Shown: positions 37,443 through 48,954, numbered from the stretch's first letter. The stretch: 64,000 bases of DNA from Thermovirgaceae bacterium (GCA_040767805.1 JAXGNU010000001.1:64001-128000); one strand, 5' to 3'. Program-made: numbers and translations. Notes: generated by a model from the sequence alone, not told the origin.

Positions 37443-38405
37443 TCAGCGCGATAATACCTTCGAAAGGAGATCGTCGGCCACGGTGTAAGGGTCGGTCCTC
37501 CGATACTCAAGGTCTTCAAGGATGCCGGCGGATATGCGGTCCTCCCAAGATGTTTCGGCGATCTTGGCTATCTCCCTTTTTACTATTTCCTCGACTTCCA
37601 GGCGATGGCGCCGTCGTTTTCTCCGTTCTCCCTCTGGGGACGATGCCAGGTAGAGCCGGTGATCCGAAAGGGACCTGGCGGCTAGGTCGACCCCTTCCCC
37701 GCTTTCGGCGATGGTGGGTATCACCGGGGGCCTCCAATCCTTGCCGCTCTGCAGGTCCAACATGATGTTCACTTCCCGCACGATCCTTTCCGTGCCGTCC
37801 CTATCCGCCTTGTTCACGATGAAAACATCGGCGATCTCCATGATCCCCGCTTTCATTATCTGGATATCGTCCCCCATGCCTGGAACGAGGAGCAGGGCAA
37901 CGGTGTCGGCGATCTTGACGATGTCGATCTCAGACTGACCGACGCCGACGGTTTCAATCAGGACGACATCCTTGCCGCAAGCGTCGAGGATGAGCGCCGC
38001 CTCGTAAGTTCCCCGGCTTAACCCACCCAGGGAACCCCTGGAACCCATGCTCCGGATGAAAACCCCGGGATCCAGGCTGTGTCGCTGCATCCTAAGCCTG
38101 TCCCCGAGTACCGCCCCCCCCGTAAAGGGGCTGGAGGGGTCAACGGCAATGACCCCCACGCTTTGACCCGCCGCCATCATGGCGGATATCAGCTTGTCCA
38201 AAAAAGTGCTTTTCCCCGCGCCTGGGCTTCCCGTAACACCTATCAAATGGGCTTTCCCGGTGTGGGGGTATACCCTTTGCATGATCTTCCTGGAACGATC
38301 CGCCTCGCTTTCCACGGCGGTGATAAGTCTCGCGATGGACCGGGGATCTCCCCCGAGGGCTTTTTCGATGACCCTGTCCAAGGTTAACCCATTCCCTTCT
38401 TTCAA
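37443..38405 (-). CDS. meaB: MeaB/ArgK family GTPase (B12-mutase chaperone)
   Basis: TGSPGAGKST, AVDPSS..GGA.LGDR.RM, ETVGVGQSE, NKAD. Confidence 0.93.
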   Translation of the reverse strand: MKEGNGLTLDRVIEKALGGDPRSIARLITAVESEADRSRKIMQRVYPHTGKAHLIGVTGSPGAGKSTFLDKLISAMMAAGQSVGVIAVDPSSPFTGGAVLGDRLRMQRHSLDPGVFIRSMGSRGSLGGLSRGTYEAALILDACGKDVVLIETVGVGQSEIDIVKIADTVALLLVPGMGDDIQIMKAGIMEIADVFIVNKADRDGTERIVREVNIMLDLQSGKDWRPPVIPTIAESGEGVDLAARSLSDHRLYLASSPEGERRKRRRHRLEVEEIVKREIAKIAETSWEDRISAGILEDLEYRRTDPYTVADDLLSKVLSR

Positions 38406-38426
38406 TGAACTGGTTTTACGGGAGGC

Positions 38427-38639
38427 TCACCTTTTCAGGATGTCGATCCCGGCAAAGGAGTACATGCCCAAGGTTATGGCCGCCGCGAACAAAAAACCGA
38501 GAAGGACCCTAAGGTAAGTGACCCAGAGCGCCCCGCCAGGCCATTTCCCTGAAGAGATATTCACTATCATCCTGGAAAGGAAAAGGCAGAGGACGAAGAG
38601 GAAGAGTGCCGCCAGCGCCTGGACATTTACCGAGGACAT
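38427..38639 (-). CDS. Small two-TM hypothetical membrane protein
   Basis: 70 aa with two hydrophobic helices; fills the gap between a terminator and meaB; TGtTACAAT extended -10 upstream near 38683-38691. Confidence 0.7.
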   Translation of the reverse strand: MSSVNVQALAALFLFVLCLFLSRMIVNISSGKWPGGALWVTYLRVLLGFLFAAAITLGMYSFAGIDILKR

Positions 38640-38725
38640 GCCGTTACCCCCATATTACGAAAGATCCACTCCCCGGCTCTGTATTGTAACAGTAAAAGGG
38701 GGCGGATGCCCCGAAGGTCCCCACG

Positions 38726-38749
38726 AAAAAAGGCCGCCTTTCGGCGGCC
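38726..38749 (-). terminator. Rho-independent terminator
   Basis: Minus strand GGCCGCC-GAAA-GGCGGCC followed by U6, just after the Gfo/Idh/MocA gene. Confidence 0.85.
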
Positions 38750-38773
38750 GGGGTGGGAAGGATGTACGTCGGC

Positions 38774-39763
38774 CTAGGCCGTTCCTGTCGTGCTTTCGAT
38801 CATTTGTGATGGTACCTGGATCTGTTTCAGGATTGATATGGCCACTTCCAGGGCCCTCTTGCCGTCCATGATACCCACCAGGGGCTGTTTCCCCTCCCTG
38901 ACACAGGTGACGAAATGCTGCAACTCGAGTTTAAGGGGCTCTCTTTTCGGGAACACCGGGTGCTCTATGACCTCCACAAGGCCGCATTCCTTCTCCTGTA
39001 CGCAACGGTGGATGGATACGTCCTGGGTTTCGTAGTTGACCGTGACAAACCTCTCGGGTTCCATTATTTCCAGTTGTCTCAATCTTCTTTCGGAGACGCG
39101 GCTCACCAGGATTTGTGCAAGGGTTCCGTTCTCGAAAGAGATCTGGGCCGTGGCTATATCCTCGAGAGAAGACCTGACAGACCTCCCCATGGCCGAAATG
39201 GCAGATATCTCGGAATGGACAAGGGAGAGGATGATATCGATATCGTGGATCATCAGGTCCAGCACGACGCCCACGTCACTTATCCTGGAGCTGAAAGGCC
39301 CGATCCTCCTGGACTGGAGGAAGAGGGGCTCCTTGATGATGTTCCTCACGTGCTGCACCGCGCTGTTAAACCGTTCGATGTGGCCGACCTGGAGTACCAG
39401 GTTTTGAGCGGCCGCCAGCTGCAGAAGCACCACGGCTTCTTCCACGGTGGACGTGACAGGTTTTTCGATCAGGACGTGGATCCCGGCGGAGAGGGCCCTC
39501 TTCGCCGACTCGAAGTGTTGGACGGTGGGGACCACGACGCTGACGGCGTCGGGGCGGGCATGACGGTAGAAGGTTTCGACGTCGGAATAGAAGGGCACCC
39601 TCAACAGTTCCCCGACGGCGGCCGCCCTTTCGGGGTTGGTGTCCATTATCCCGACGACGTCGGTGTTAAGAAGTTCCGTGTACACCCGGGCGTGGTGAAA
39701 CCCAAGGTGTCCGACACCTATAACGCCGACCCTTACCGGTTCCATCCAAGAACCTCCCGCCAC
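38774..39763 (-). CDS. Gfo/Idh/MocA family oxidoreductase (GnnA-like)
   Basis: GVIGVGHLG Rossmann motif, EKP, GHIERFN, DLMIHD. Confidence 0.88.
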   Translation of the reverse strand: MAGGSWMEPVRVGVIGVGHLGFHHARVYTELLNTDVVGIMDTNPERAAAVGELLRVPFYSDVETFYRHARPDAVSVVVPTVQHFESAKRALSAGIHVLIEKPVTSTVEEAVVLLQLAAAQNLVLQVGHIERFNSAVQHVRNIIKEPLFLQSRRIGPFSSRISDVGVVLDLMIHDIDIILSLVHSEISAISAMGRSVRSSLEDIATAQISFENGTLAQILVSRVSERRLRQLEIMEPERFVTVNYETQDVSIHRCVQEKECGLVEVIEHPVFPKREPLKLELQHFVTCVREGKQPLVGIMDGKRALEVAISILKQIQVPSQMIESTTGTA

Positions 39764-39792
39764 ATTAATCTTTGGCTTTTTTCAAGACCCCT

Positions 39793-40596
39793 TCAAACCT
39801 TATTCTCCCACCAAAGGTTCGGTTTTTGGAATCCTTCACGAAACCCCGCAAGAAGAAGGGATTTCCCGATCCGGTCCCCTTTTCTGTAAGAATAGTAGTC
39901 GCCGGAAGAACAAGAGGTACATTGGTCGATACGGGTGATGTTCCCCTCGGGGACATTCAAGTCATATAAAGTTGTAATAATCGCACGAGGGAGGTCAAAA
40001 TAGGCCATCCCCTTCTCCACGCGCCAGGAGTCCCCCGGCAGTTGCTTCAGACCATCCCGGGTCCTTGGGTCGTCGAGTTTTCTTGAGTAGCAACAGGGTC
40101 CTATCCCGGGGCCTACCCAGAAGTGGGTTTCCTCAAAGGAGGCTGACCCTGTGGCCCTCATCGCCGCCTTCAGAGCTTCACCGGTCACTCCCCTGGTGGT
40201 GCCGACGAAGCCGGAGTGCACGAGGAGCACCCAGGGCCGGGGCCGACCGCCGACGGCTACCACGGGGATGCAGTCGGCGAACCGCAGGCTGCCGAAGACT
40301 CCCGGCCTTCTCACCAAGAGTGCGTCCCCCTCAGGCCTGGCCGGAAGCGACGTGGACGGCAGTGCTTCGATCATCCTCGTGCCGTGCACCTGGGCCGGGG
40401 CAACCAAGGGGGTCCCGTTATCCCTTCCGAAGAGGTGCTGGGAGATCTTGGAGAGGCAACCCCCTGTTTTGCCCATTAAAGGCCCCTTGAGGAACAGTGT
40501 AACTGTCAAAATGTCATCTAATTGGCTGGGCACCAGGTAACGTATCATTCCTTGTCCTTCAAAAGAAGTCTTCTCCCAGCCCCAGTCCAGATCCAT
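39793..40596 (-). CDS. pgeF: YfiH/PgeF (laccase-domain) family protein
   Basis: QVHG, GDAL, FADCIPV, VHSG, GPGIGPCCY, CTSC, YYSYR; ATG coupled to the folC stop (TAATG). Confidence 0.88.
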   Translation of the reverse strand: MDLDWGWEKTSFEGQGMIRYLVPSQLDDILTVTLFLKGPLMGKTGGCLSKISQHLFGRDNGTPLVAPAQVHGTRMIEALPSTSLPARPEGDALLVRRPGVFGSLRFADCIPVVAVGGRPRPWVLLVHSGFVGTTRGVTGEALKAAMRATGSASFEETHFWVGPGIGPCCYSRKLDDPRTRDGLKQLPGDSWRVEKGMAYFDLPRAIITTLYDLNVPEGNITRIDQCTSCSSGDYYSYRKGDRIGKSLLLAGFREGFQKPNLWWENKV

Positions 40597-41930
40597 TATC
40601 GCCGGGACTCCCCTTTCCCTCTGGGGGAGAGCCTGGTCATCATGTATCCCAGGAGGTAAAGGCTCCCGCAGATGATGATCTTCTTGTATCGCTTGGAAAC
40701 TACCTCTAGGGCGTTCATGGGGTCCTCGAAGGAAAGGGCCACGCACTTTTTGGAATGGAGCCTGGATAAATCGAGGAGAAAACCCGGCTCGGCGGTTCTT
40801 CCCATGCCCGGTACCCTGGTGAAGGCCACCAGGGGGAAGGACCGGCAGATCCGGGCGACCATGCCCCCGAGGGCCTTATCCTTCATGGCTGTAAAGATGA
40901 CGGCGTATTCGCCGGCCGTCCCGAGGGTCTCGAAGGTATCGGCCAAGGCGTCCACTCCCTGGGGGTTATGGGCACCGTCAAGGACTAGTTCGCAATCCCC
41001 GTACCTGACTCTTTCAAGCCTTCCGCCCCACCTGGTTCTTTCCAGCCCCCCCACTGCGGCCTTCAGGTCCATCCGTGGATACCGGCGGGAGAGAACCTGG
41101 GCCGAAAGAAGGGCCAGCGCGGTGTTTTCGACCTGGTAGGTTCCGCCGAGGGCGGTCTTTACCGGCAGGTATTCCCCGCCCCGGAGAGAGATCTCGAAAC
41201 GGTTGCCCTCGAGGGAGACCTTCAACCCCCTTATTTCCACGGAACGGTACAGGACCTCCCCGGTATTGCCGATCCTTTTGCAATGTTCGAGGTAAAGCCC
41301 TTCCAGGGTCTTGGGCGTGCCCGAAAAGACGCTCCTGCCTCCGGGTCGCAGGACGCTGAACTTTTCCTGGGCGATCTCCTCAAGGGTGTCGCCAAGGTAT
41401 TGGCTGTGGTCAAACCCTATGGCGGTTATGACCGTCAGGGCGACGTCCTTGACCATGTTGGTGGCGTCCAGCCGTCCTCCCATTCCCGCCTCGATGATCG
41501 CCACGTCCGGGGAGCGGTCTCCGATCGCGTCGAAGGCGGCGGCCGTCAGCACCTCGAAGTAGGTAGGCCTGGATCCCGGGTCACCCTGCCCCCCAAGTGC
41601 AGACTCGACCCGGTCAAGGGACCGAAGCAACACACCTTCCTTGACGGGAACGCCTGAAAACCGCAGCCTTTCGGTTATATCCGTCAGGTGCGGGCTGGTG
41701 TAAAGGCAAGTGGTATAACCTGCCTCCAGGAAGAGGGATTCGATCATGGCGGATACGGAACCCTTCCCGTTGGTCCCAACCAGGTGGACGGCGGGGAACG
41801 ATCTCTCCGGATGTCCCATTTTCGACAGCAGCGCCGCTATACGAGACAGCCCCGGCCTGATATAGGGGGAGGACATCTCCTGGAGTCGTTTCTCGATCGT
41901 CTCCGACGAAAGTGAAAACCCCTCATTCAT
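40596..41930 (-). CDS. folC: Folylpolyglutamate synthase / dihydrofolate synthase
   Basis: GTNGKGS, YTSPHL, EAGMGGRLDATN, DGAHN, GSLYL. Confidence 0.95.
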   Translation of the reverse strand: MNEGFSLSSETIEKRLQEMSSPYIRPGLSRIAALLSKMGHPERSFPAVHLVGTNGKGSVSAMIESLFLEAGYTTCLYTSPHLTDITERLRFSGVPVKEGVLLRSLDRVESALGGQGDPGSRPTYFEVLTAAAFDAIGDRSPDVAIIEAGMGGRLDATNMVKDVALTVITAIGFDHSQYLGDTLEEIAQEKFSVLRPGGRSVFSGTPKTLEGLYLEHCKRIGNTGEVLYRSVEIRGLKVSLEGNRFEISLRGGEYLPVKTALGGTYQVENTALALLSAQVLSRRYPRMDLKAAVGGLERTRWGGRLERVRYGDCELVLDGAHNPQGVDALADTFETLGTAGEYAVIFTAMKDKALGGMVARICRSFPLVAFTRVPGMGRTAEPGFLLDLSRLHSKKCVALSFEDPMNALEVVSKRYKKIIICGSLYLLGYMMTRLSPRGKGESRR

Positions 41931-41940
41931 GGTCGGCCGT

Positions 41941-44625
41941 TCAATCAGAAAGGTTTCTCATGTTTCTTTCGATCACCCTGATCTTTTCCTCCGTCTCCGA
42001 GAGTCTTTGCCTCTCCTGTTCGACGATATTTGCGGGCGCCCTCGAAAGGAAGGAGGGGTCGTCCAGTTTACCCCTGGAACGTGAAAGATCCTTGCGGGCT
42101 CTCTCAAGTTCCGCCGCGAGCCGGTCCATTTCCGCTTCCCTGTCGAGGTCCCGATCCACGACGAGGGACACTTCCCCAAAGGAGGCTACGGCCATCAAGG
42201 TCCCCAAGGGCCTTCCCTCTCCTTGGTCTTCGCTGAGGCTGACCTCGCGAACACGGCAAAGGAGTCGCAGGAGATCGGCGTTGGAATTGATGACCTCCCC
42301 CGCCTTCTCAGCGGCGCCATCGGAAAGGGCAACCCGCGCCTCCAGGGCTTCCTGTCGCGGGTGAAGCCCGGCCTCGGCTCTCAGGTTCCTTATGCTCCTC
42401 ACTAGTTCCTGGAAGATTTCCATCGGATCCGAGATCCCTGGGCCGGAGGCCTCTTCAAGAGGTAAAGTATCAGGCCAACCCCTTTCCTCGATCAAGGCCC
42501 CTTCGCCGAATCCGAAGGTGTCCCAGAGCTCCTCCGTGAGGAAAGGTATGAAGGGATGCAGCATACGTATTGTACTGTCAAAAATCAGGGCCATGACGGT
42601 CCTGGTGGCCGCCTGCCTCCGGTCACCCTCCGCCCCCCTCAAGGCGGGCTTGGCCATCTCGAGGTACCAATCGCAGAGTTCACTCCAGACGAACTGGTAG
42701 AGGGCCTTCGCCGCCTCGCCGTAGAAGTAACCCTCCAGGTCGCTTTTTACCTGGTCGTTCACCTCGTTCACCCTTCGGATAATCCACCGGTCATGGAACC
42801 TCAGGGACTCATCGTCCGGAAGGGACCACGCAGCCGTCCATTCGATGTTGGCTAGGGCGAGTTTACTCGCGTTCCAGATCTTGTTCATGAAAAGCCTGTT
42901 GCTTTCGATCCTTTCAGGGCTGAGGAAAATGTCCCTTCCCTGCACGGTGAGGCTGGCCAGGGTCATCCTGAGGGAATCGGCGCCGTACTTGTCGATTACT
43001 TCCAGGGGGTCGATCACGTTGCCTTTGGACTTGCTCATCTTCTGACCCTGCTCGTCCCTTACGAGGGCGTGAATATAAGTTTCGCTGAAGGGTTCCTCGC
43101 CCATGAACTTGAGCCCCATCATTATCATTCGGGCGACCCAGAAGAAAAGGATGTCAAACCCCGTCACGAGCAGGCTCGTGGGATAAAAGGTTTTCAGGTC
43201 CTCCGTGTCGTCAGGCCAACCCAGGGTCGAGAAGGGCCAGAGGGCGCTGCTGAACCAGGTGTCGAGGACGTCTTCATCCTGGTGGATATTGCCCCCGCCG
43301 CAGCATTCGCACCGGTCGGGGTCTACTTCTGAAACGGTGACATGGCCGCAATCGTCACAGTACCAGGCGGGAATCCTGTGGCCCCACCACAACTGCCTCG
43401 ATATGCACCAGTCCCGGATATTTTCCATCCAGTTGTTGTATGTCCCCACCCATTGTTCGGGGATTATTCTTATCCTGCCGTCCCGAACTGCGTCTATTCC
43501 CGGGGCGGCAAGGGGTGCCATCTTGACGAACCATTGCTCCGAGAGGTAGGGCTCAATGACCGTCCCGCATCGGTAGCAATGCCCTATCGCGTGGTCGTGT
43601 TCCTCCGTCCTCTCGAGAAGGCCCTTTTCCTTCAACAGGGAGACCATCTTTTTCCTGGCCTCGGCCCTTTCCAACCCCTCGAAGAGCGGCCCCGCCTCGG
43701 GGCTCATGCAGCCTTTTTCGTCTATCACCTGGATCGTTTCAAGGCCGTGCCTCTGCCCTACGAGAAAGTCGTTCGGGTCATGGGCCGGGGTGATCTTGAC
43801 GAGGCCCGTGCCGAAACCGGGGTCGACCATCATATCCTCGACAATGGGCACGATCCTGTCCGTCACGGGGACTACCGCTTTTCTCCCCGCGATCCCTCTG
43901 TGCCTTTCGTCGCGGGGGTGGACTGCCACCGCCACGTCGCCGAGGATAGTCTCGGGGCGCGTGGTAGCGACTGTAATGTATCCGTTGCCGTCAACAAGGG
44001 GATACCGCACGTAAAAAAGGGTGCCCCTTTCATCACGGTGTTCAACCTCCAGGTCCGACAAGGCCGTGAGGCATCGGGGGCACCAGTTCACGATGTAACT
44101 CCCCTTGTAAATGAGGTTCTCCTTGTAAAGCCTTACGAAAACAGCCCTGACCGCCCTCGAGAGCCCCTCGTCCATCGTGAAGCGCTCCCTTTCCCAATCG
44201 CAGGAAGCCCCAAGGCGTTTCAGCTGGTTTATTATCCTGTCGCCGTATTCTTTCTTCCATTCCCAGACCTTTTCAACGAACTTTTCCCTCCCCAGGTCAT
44301 GTCTCGACACTCCCCGGGAGGCCAGGGATTTCTCGACCACGTTCTGGGTCGCTATGCCGGCGTGGTCCGTCCCTGGAAGCCAGAGCACGTTGAAACCGGC
44401 CATCCTCATGAATCGGCAGGAAATATCCTGGAGGGTATTGTTGAGGGCATGCCCCATGTGGAGTGAACCCGTCACGTTCGGGGGCGGAATCACCACGCTG
44501 AAATGGGGTTTCTCGCTGTTCGCGATCCCCTTGAACAGTCCTCTCTCATTCCAGGCCTGGTACCATTTGCCCTCGATCGGCGCGGGGTCGTAGGATTTAC
44601 CGAGCGTTCCCTTGGGTGGTGTCAT
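41941..44625 (-). CDS. valS: Valine--tRNA ligase
   Basis: PPPNVTGSLHMGH, WCISRQLWWGH, KMSKS, C-terminal coiled coil. Confidence 0.97.
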   Translation of the reverse strand: MTPPKGTLGKSYDPAPIEGKWYQAWNERGLFKGIANSEKPHFSVVIPPPNVTGSLHMGHALNNTLQDISCRFMRMAGFNVLWLPGTDHAGIATQNVVEKSLASRGVSRHDLGREKFVEKVWEWKKEYGDRIINQLKRLGASCDWERERFTMDEGLSRAVRAVFVRLYKENLIYKGSYIVNWCPRCLTALSDLEVEHRDERGTLFYVRYPLVDGNGYITVATTRPETILGDVAVAVHPRDERHRGIAGRKAVVPVTDRIVPIVEDMMVDPGFGTGLVKITPAHDPNDFLVGQRHGLETIQVIDEKGCMSPEAGPLFEGLERAEARKKMVSLLKEKGLLERTEEHDHAIGHCYRCGTVIEPYLSEQWFVKMAPLAAPGIDAVRDGRIRIIPEQWVGTYNNWMENIRDWCISRQLWWGHRIPAWYCDDCGHVTVSEVDPDRCECCGGGNIHQDEDVLDTWFSSALWPFSTLGWPDDTEDLKTFYPTSLLVTGFDILFFWVARMIMMGLKFMGEEPFSETYIHALVRDEQGQKMSKSKGNVIDPLEVIDKYGADSLRMTLASLTVQGRDIFLSPERIESNRLFMNKIWNASKLALANIEWTAAWSLPDDESLRFHDRWIIRRVNEVNDQVKSDLEGYFYGEAAKALYQFVWSELCDWYLEMAKPALRGAEGDRRQAATRTVMALIFDSTIRMLHPFIPFLTEELWDTFGFGEGALIEERGWPDTLPLEEASGPGISDPMEIFQELVRSIRNLRAEAGLHPRQEALEARVALSDGAAEKAGEVINSNADLLRLLCRVREVSLSEDQGEGRPLGTLMAVASFGEVSLVVDRDLDREAEMDRLAAELERARKDLSRSRGKLDDPSFLSRAPANIVEQERQRLSETEEKIRVIERNMRNLSD

Positions 44626-44645
44626 GATGAAGCCTCCTTGTTCGT

Positions 44646-45317
44646 TCAGGCGTCGTGTAAAAAGCGAACCTTCGCCCCTGCCCCGTTGCGGTCACCCCCG
44701 CGCCGGGGTGACCCGGCCTCTTCCAGGTAGGATTCAAGGAAAAACATGAACTCTTCCACTCCCCACCCCTTCTCCATGGAAACGAGGAAGGGTTCGGCCA
44801 CGGACGATGCCGGCGGGGCCGAGTATTTCTTCAGCAATGGGGTCCATCTACTCTTGGGGACCTTGTCGATCTTGGTGAAGACCACCTGGACGGGAACCCC
44901 GTGACCCGTAGCCCACTCCTGGAGTATCCTGTCATTTTCCAGGAAACCATGCCTGAAATCAACAAGGTGAACGAGGAGAGCGAGGCTTTCCCTCCGGGTA
45001 ATGAATTCTTCAATGAGCCTGGCCCAGGAAGCCCGTTCGGAGCGGCTCCTGCTGGCAAAGCCGAATCCGGGAAGGTCTACGAGGGTAAAGCCTTTTCCGA
45101 AGTTCACCCTATAGAAGTTTACGCTGCGGGTCTTCCCTGGCGTTCCGCTTACCCGGGCAAGGGGTTTTCGTATCAACCCGTTGATGAAGGTGGATTTCCC
45201 CACGTTGGACCTGCCTGCCAAAGCGACCTCCAGCCCCTGGGCGGGCGGGAATTGCCGCTCTGTGAAACAGGTCGCGGCCAGGGCTGCTTCCCACCTTTTC
45301 CTTCTATTGCCCGCCAT
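44646..45317 (-). CDS. engB: Ribosome biogenesis GTPase YihA/YsxC
   Basis: [24 protein letters not shown]; follows lon. Confidence 0.93.
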   Translation of the reverse strand: MAGNRRKRWEAALAATCFTERQFPPAQGLEVALAGRSNVGKSTFINGLIRKPLARVSGTPGKTRSVNFYRVNFGKGFTLVDLPGFGFASRSRSERASWARLIEEFITRRESLALLVHLVDFRHGFLENDRILQEWATGHGVPVQVVFTKIDKVPKSRWTPLLKKYSAPPASSVAEPFLVSMEKGWGVEEFMFFLESYLEEAGSPRRGGDRNGAGAKVRFLHDA

Positions 45318-47676
45318 CGTCCTTCTCTCTAGACATGGAACGACGGAAAACCTCTTCAAGGTCGCTGACGAAGACCAGTTCTAGCCCTTTCAGAACCCAG
45401 CGGGGCATCTCCCCCGCCTCAAGGCGGTTGCCTTCGGGAAGTATTACCCTCTTGAACCCGTACCTTTTGGCGGCCAGCACCTTTTCCCTGATCCCACCCA
45501 CGGGCAGGACGTCGCCCCTCAAGGTAACCTCCCCGGTCATAGCGATATCGTTACGCACCGGTTTCCGAGACAGGGCGGAATAGATCGAAACGGCCAGCGT
45601 GATGCCCGCGGAGGGTCCGTCCTTCGGTATGGCTCCTTCCGGAACGTGAACGTGGATATCGGTCTTGTCCCAATCTATGGCGGATATGCCCAGTTCCTCC
45701 CCGTGAGGCTTGAGGTATCCCCAGGGCTGTTTGCCCTGATTCCGCATTATCTCCCCCAGGTTCCCCGTAAGGACGATGCCTCCCTTTCCGGGGATGCGGA
45801 CGTTCAATCACGAGGATGTCACCGCCGTTTCTGTCCATGCCAAGCCGACCGAAGCCCCTACCGGGTCCGAGGCGGGGAGGTGGACTCCCCGGCATGGCGC
45901 GGCACACCGAGGAAGGGGTAGCAGGCTCGAGGGAGCGTCACGGTGAAGGTCTGCTTTTTGGCCCGTCCCGCCTTTTTCTTCCGATTCCACGATCTTGCGC
46001 GTGATCTTCCTGGTCACCTTGGAGATCTGTCTCTCCAGTTCCCTGACCCCGGCTTCCCTCGTGTACTCCGAGATGATCTTCTTGACCGAGGCGGAAGTGA
46101 GCCTTATCTGACCCCCCTTGAGCCCGTGCTCGTAGAGGACCTTGGGAATGAGGTGTTTCTCGGCGATCTGCAGTTTCTCCTCCGTCACGTAGCCCGGTAA
46201 CCGGATGACCTCCATCCGGTCCAGTAACGGCTTGGGAACGGTGTGGGTCGTATTCGCCGTGGTGATGAAAAGGACATTCCCCAAGTCGAAGGGCACTTCC
46301 AGAAAATGGTCGGTGAAGCTGTCGTTCTGCTCCGGGTCCAGCACCTCCAGGAGCGCCGCGGCGGGGTCGCCGCGGAAGTCCTGGCCGATCTTGTCGACCT
46401 CGTCTAGGAGCATCACCGGGTTGCACGTCCCAGCCTGCCTGAGCTTCTGGATTATCCTCCCGGGCAGTGCCCCGATATAGGTCCTCCGGTGTCCGCGGAT
46501 CTCAGCCTCGTCTCTGATCCCTCCCAGGGACATATTCACGAACTTTCTTCCCGTCGCCCTGGCGATCGAGCGCCCCAGGGAAGTCTTACCGACGCCCGGG
46601 GGGCCGGCGAAACAGAGGACCTGCCCCTTCAACCTCCCCTTGGCATGTTTCCTTACGGCAAGGTACTCCAGGATCCTCTCCTTTGCTTCTTCAAGGGCAT
46701 AGTGGTCCTCGTTTAGGACCTTTTCAGCAAGGATCACGTCCATCCTCTCCCGGGTCCTCTTCCCCCAGGGGAGGTTCGTTATCCAGTCCAGATAGGTCCT
46801 CACCACCGTGGCTTCCGCCGACATGGAGGGCATCTTGGTCAGCCGGTCCAGTTCATGGAGGGCCTTTTTCCTGACCTCATCGGGCATTTTCGATCGGTGG
46901 ATCTCCTCGCGGAGGTTGTCGATCTCCGAGAACTCGTCGCTCTGGCCCAATTCATCCTGGATGACCTTCAACTGTTCCCTAAGGTAATATTCCTTCTGAC
47001 CCTTTTCAAGCTCCTGCCTGACCCTGTCATGAATGGACCTCTCCATCTCGAGCAGTTCGATCTCCCTCAGGAGGATCCTGATCATCATCTCCAGGCGCTT
47101 CGATACATCCCAGGTCTCGAGGAGTTGCTGCCTTTCCTGGATACGAACCGTAAGGTGCGATGCCACCAGGTCAGAAACCTGGCCGGGGTCTTCCACGGCC
47201 GTGACCGACATCAACACCTCCAGGGGAATCTTAGGGTGGAGGGTCACATACTTGTCGAACTGCGCCAGGAGGGTCCTTTTCAGGGCTTCGATCTCCGGCC
47301 CTCTCAGGGGTTGGGGGGTTACCAGGGCTTCGGTCTTTGCGAAGAAGGTGTCCCGATCCAACTCGACCTCGAGAATGGAAGCTCTTGACACCCCCTCGAC
47401 CAGGACCTTTGTCGTCCCGTCGGGAAGCCTCAGCATCTGCAGGACCGTCGTGATGGTCCCAACTTCGAAAAGATCCTCCGGTTCGGGGTCTTCCACGTTC
47501 ATATCCTTCTGGGCCACCACGAGGACGGTCTTCTCGTGGAGCATGGCTTCCTCGAGGGCCTTGAGCGACCGGGGCCTCCCAACGAAGAGCGGCACTATCA
47601 CCCCCGGGAAAAGGACCAGGTCCCTGACGGGGAGAAGCGGCACATTTTTTACGGGGCCCTCTACTAAATAAGGCAA
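45304..47676 (-). pseudogene. lon: Lon protease, frame-disrupted around 45700-45960 (probably sequence errors)
   Basis: LON-N domain, GPPGVGKTS, RRTYIGALPG in 45808..47676; protease domain with PKDGPSAG (Ser) and GGIREK (Lys) in 45304..45807; the connecting segment switches frames. Confidence 0.9.
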
Positions 47677-48954
47677 CTAGGCTACCTCCCCATCCTTGGT
47701 AAAATCGAGGATCGGAAGCCCCTTCCCGTCGATCATTTCCTGGGTGACGACTACCCTGGAAAGGCCGTTCGTCCGCGAAGGGAGTTCGTACATCAGGTCA
47801 AGCATCGTTGACTCCATGATGGTCCTCAGTGCGCGAGCGCCGGTATCCCGCTCACAGGCCTTCCTGGCGATGGCCTTGAGGGCCTCGGAGGTGAATTCCA
47901 GTTCCACCTTCTCCATCCTGAAGGCCTTCTGGTACTGCTTGACCAGGGCGTTCTTTGGCTCCGTCAGTATCCTGACCATCGCCTCTTCATCCAGGCCCTC
48001 CAGGGCCGCTGTTACCGGTATCCTCCCGACGAATTCCGGGATGAACCCAAAGGTCATCAGGTCGTCGGGCTGGACTTCCTTCAGTACCCTGTAACGGTCT
48101 TTCTTATCGTTCCTGGGGACCTGGCCCCCGAAACCGATGATCTTCCTGTTGATCCTCCGCGAAATGATGGACTCCAGCCCCTCAAAGGCCCCCCCGCAAA
48201 TGAACAGGATATTACTGGTGTTCATCTGGATGAACTCCTGGTGGGGGTGCTTCCTGCCGCCCTTGGGGGGAACGTTCGCCTCGGTGCCCTCGAGTAACCT
48301 CAGCAGGGCCTGCTGGACGCCTTCCCCTGAGACGTCTCTCGTGATGGAGACCGATTCGGATTTCCGGCCGATCTTGTCTATTTCGTCGACATAGATGATC
48401 CCCTTCTCCGCGGCGGGTACATCGTAATCGGCGGCCTGGAGAAGCCTCACGAGTATATTCTCCACGTCCTCCCCGACGTAACCCGCCTCGGTCAGCGTAG
48501 TCGCGTCGGCCATGGCGAAGGGGACCTTTATCGTCCTCGCCAGGGTCTCGGCGATCAGCGTCTTGCCCGACCCGGTCGGGCCGATCAGGAGGACATTGCT
48601 CTTTTGCAACTCCACATCGTCCTCATCGACCGGGCAGGCGATCCGTTTATAGTGGTTATAGACGGCCACGGAGACCACTTTTTTTGCCTGCTCCTGGCCT
48701 ATGACGTATTGGTCAAGGGCCGACTTTATTTCCTTGGGTTTGGGCAGGTCCTTGAGTTCCCTCGCTACGTCAACCTGGACGGGGGGCTCTTCGTCTTCCT
48801 TTATTATCAGGTTGCAGAGGTTGACGCATTCGTTGCAGATATAGACCCCGGGGCCTGCTATCAGTTTTAGTACCTCTCCCTGTCTTTTGCCGCAGAAGGA
48901 GCACTTGGCCTCCTTCCTCGCACCTTTGACACCGTTGCCGCCGCTCTGGGACAC
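47677..48954 (-). CDS. clpX: ATP-dependent Clp protease ATP-binding subunit ClpX
   Basis: CSFCGK...ICNEC zinc finger, [19 protein letters not shown] loop. Confidence 0.97.
   Translation of the reverse strand: MSQSGGNGVKGARKEAKCSFCGKRQGEVLKLIAGPGVYICNECVNLCNLIIKEDEEPPVQVDVARELKDLPKPKEIKSALDQYVIGQEQAKKVVSVAVYNHYKRIACPVDEDDVELQKSNVLLIGPTGSGKTLIAETLARTIKVPFAMADATTLTEAGYVGEDVENILVRLLQAADYDVPAAEKGIIYVDEIDKIGRKSESVSITRDVSGEGVQQALLRLLEGTEANVPPKGGRKHPHQEFIQMNTSNILFICGGAFEGLESIISRRINRKIIGFGGQVPRNDKKDRYRVLKEVQPDDLMTFGFIPEFVGRIPVTAALEGLDEEAMVRILTEPKNALVKQYQKAFRMEKVELEFTSEALKAIARKACERDTGARALRTIMESTMLDLMYELPSRTNGLSRVVVTQEMIDGKGLPILDFTKDGEVA

Noticed and set aside
45304..45807. Separate stand-alone Lon protease-domain gene
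   Set aside because: Continuous homology with the upstream lon across several frame changes indicates one disrupted gene
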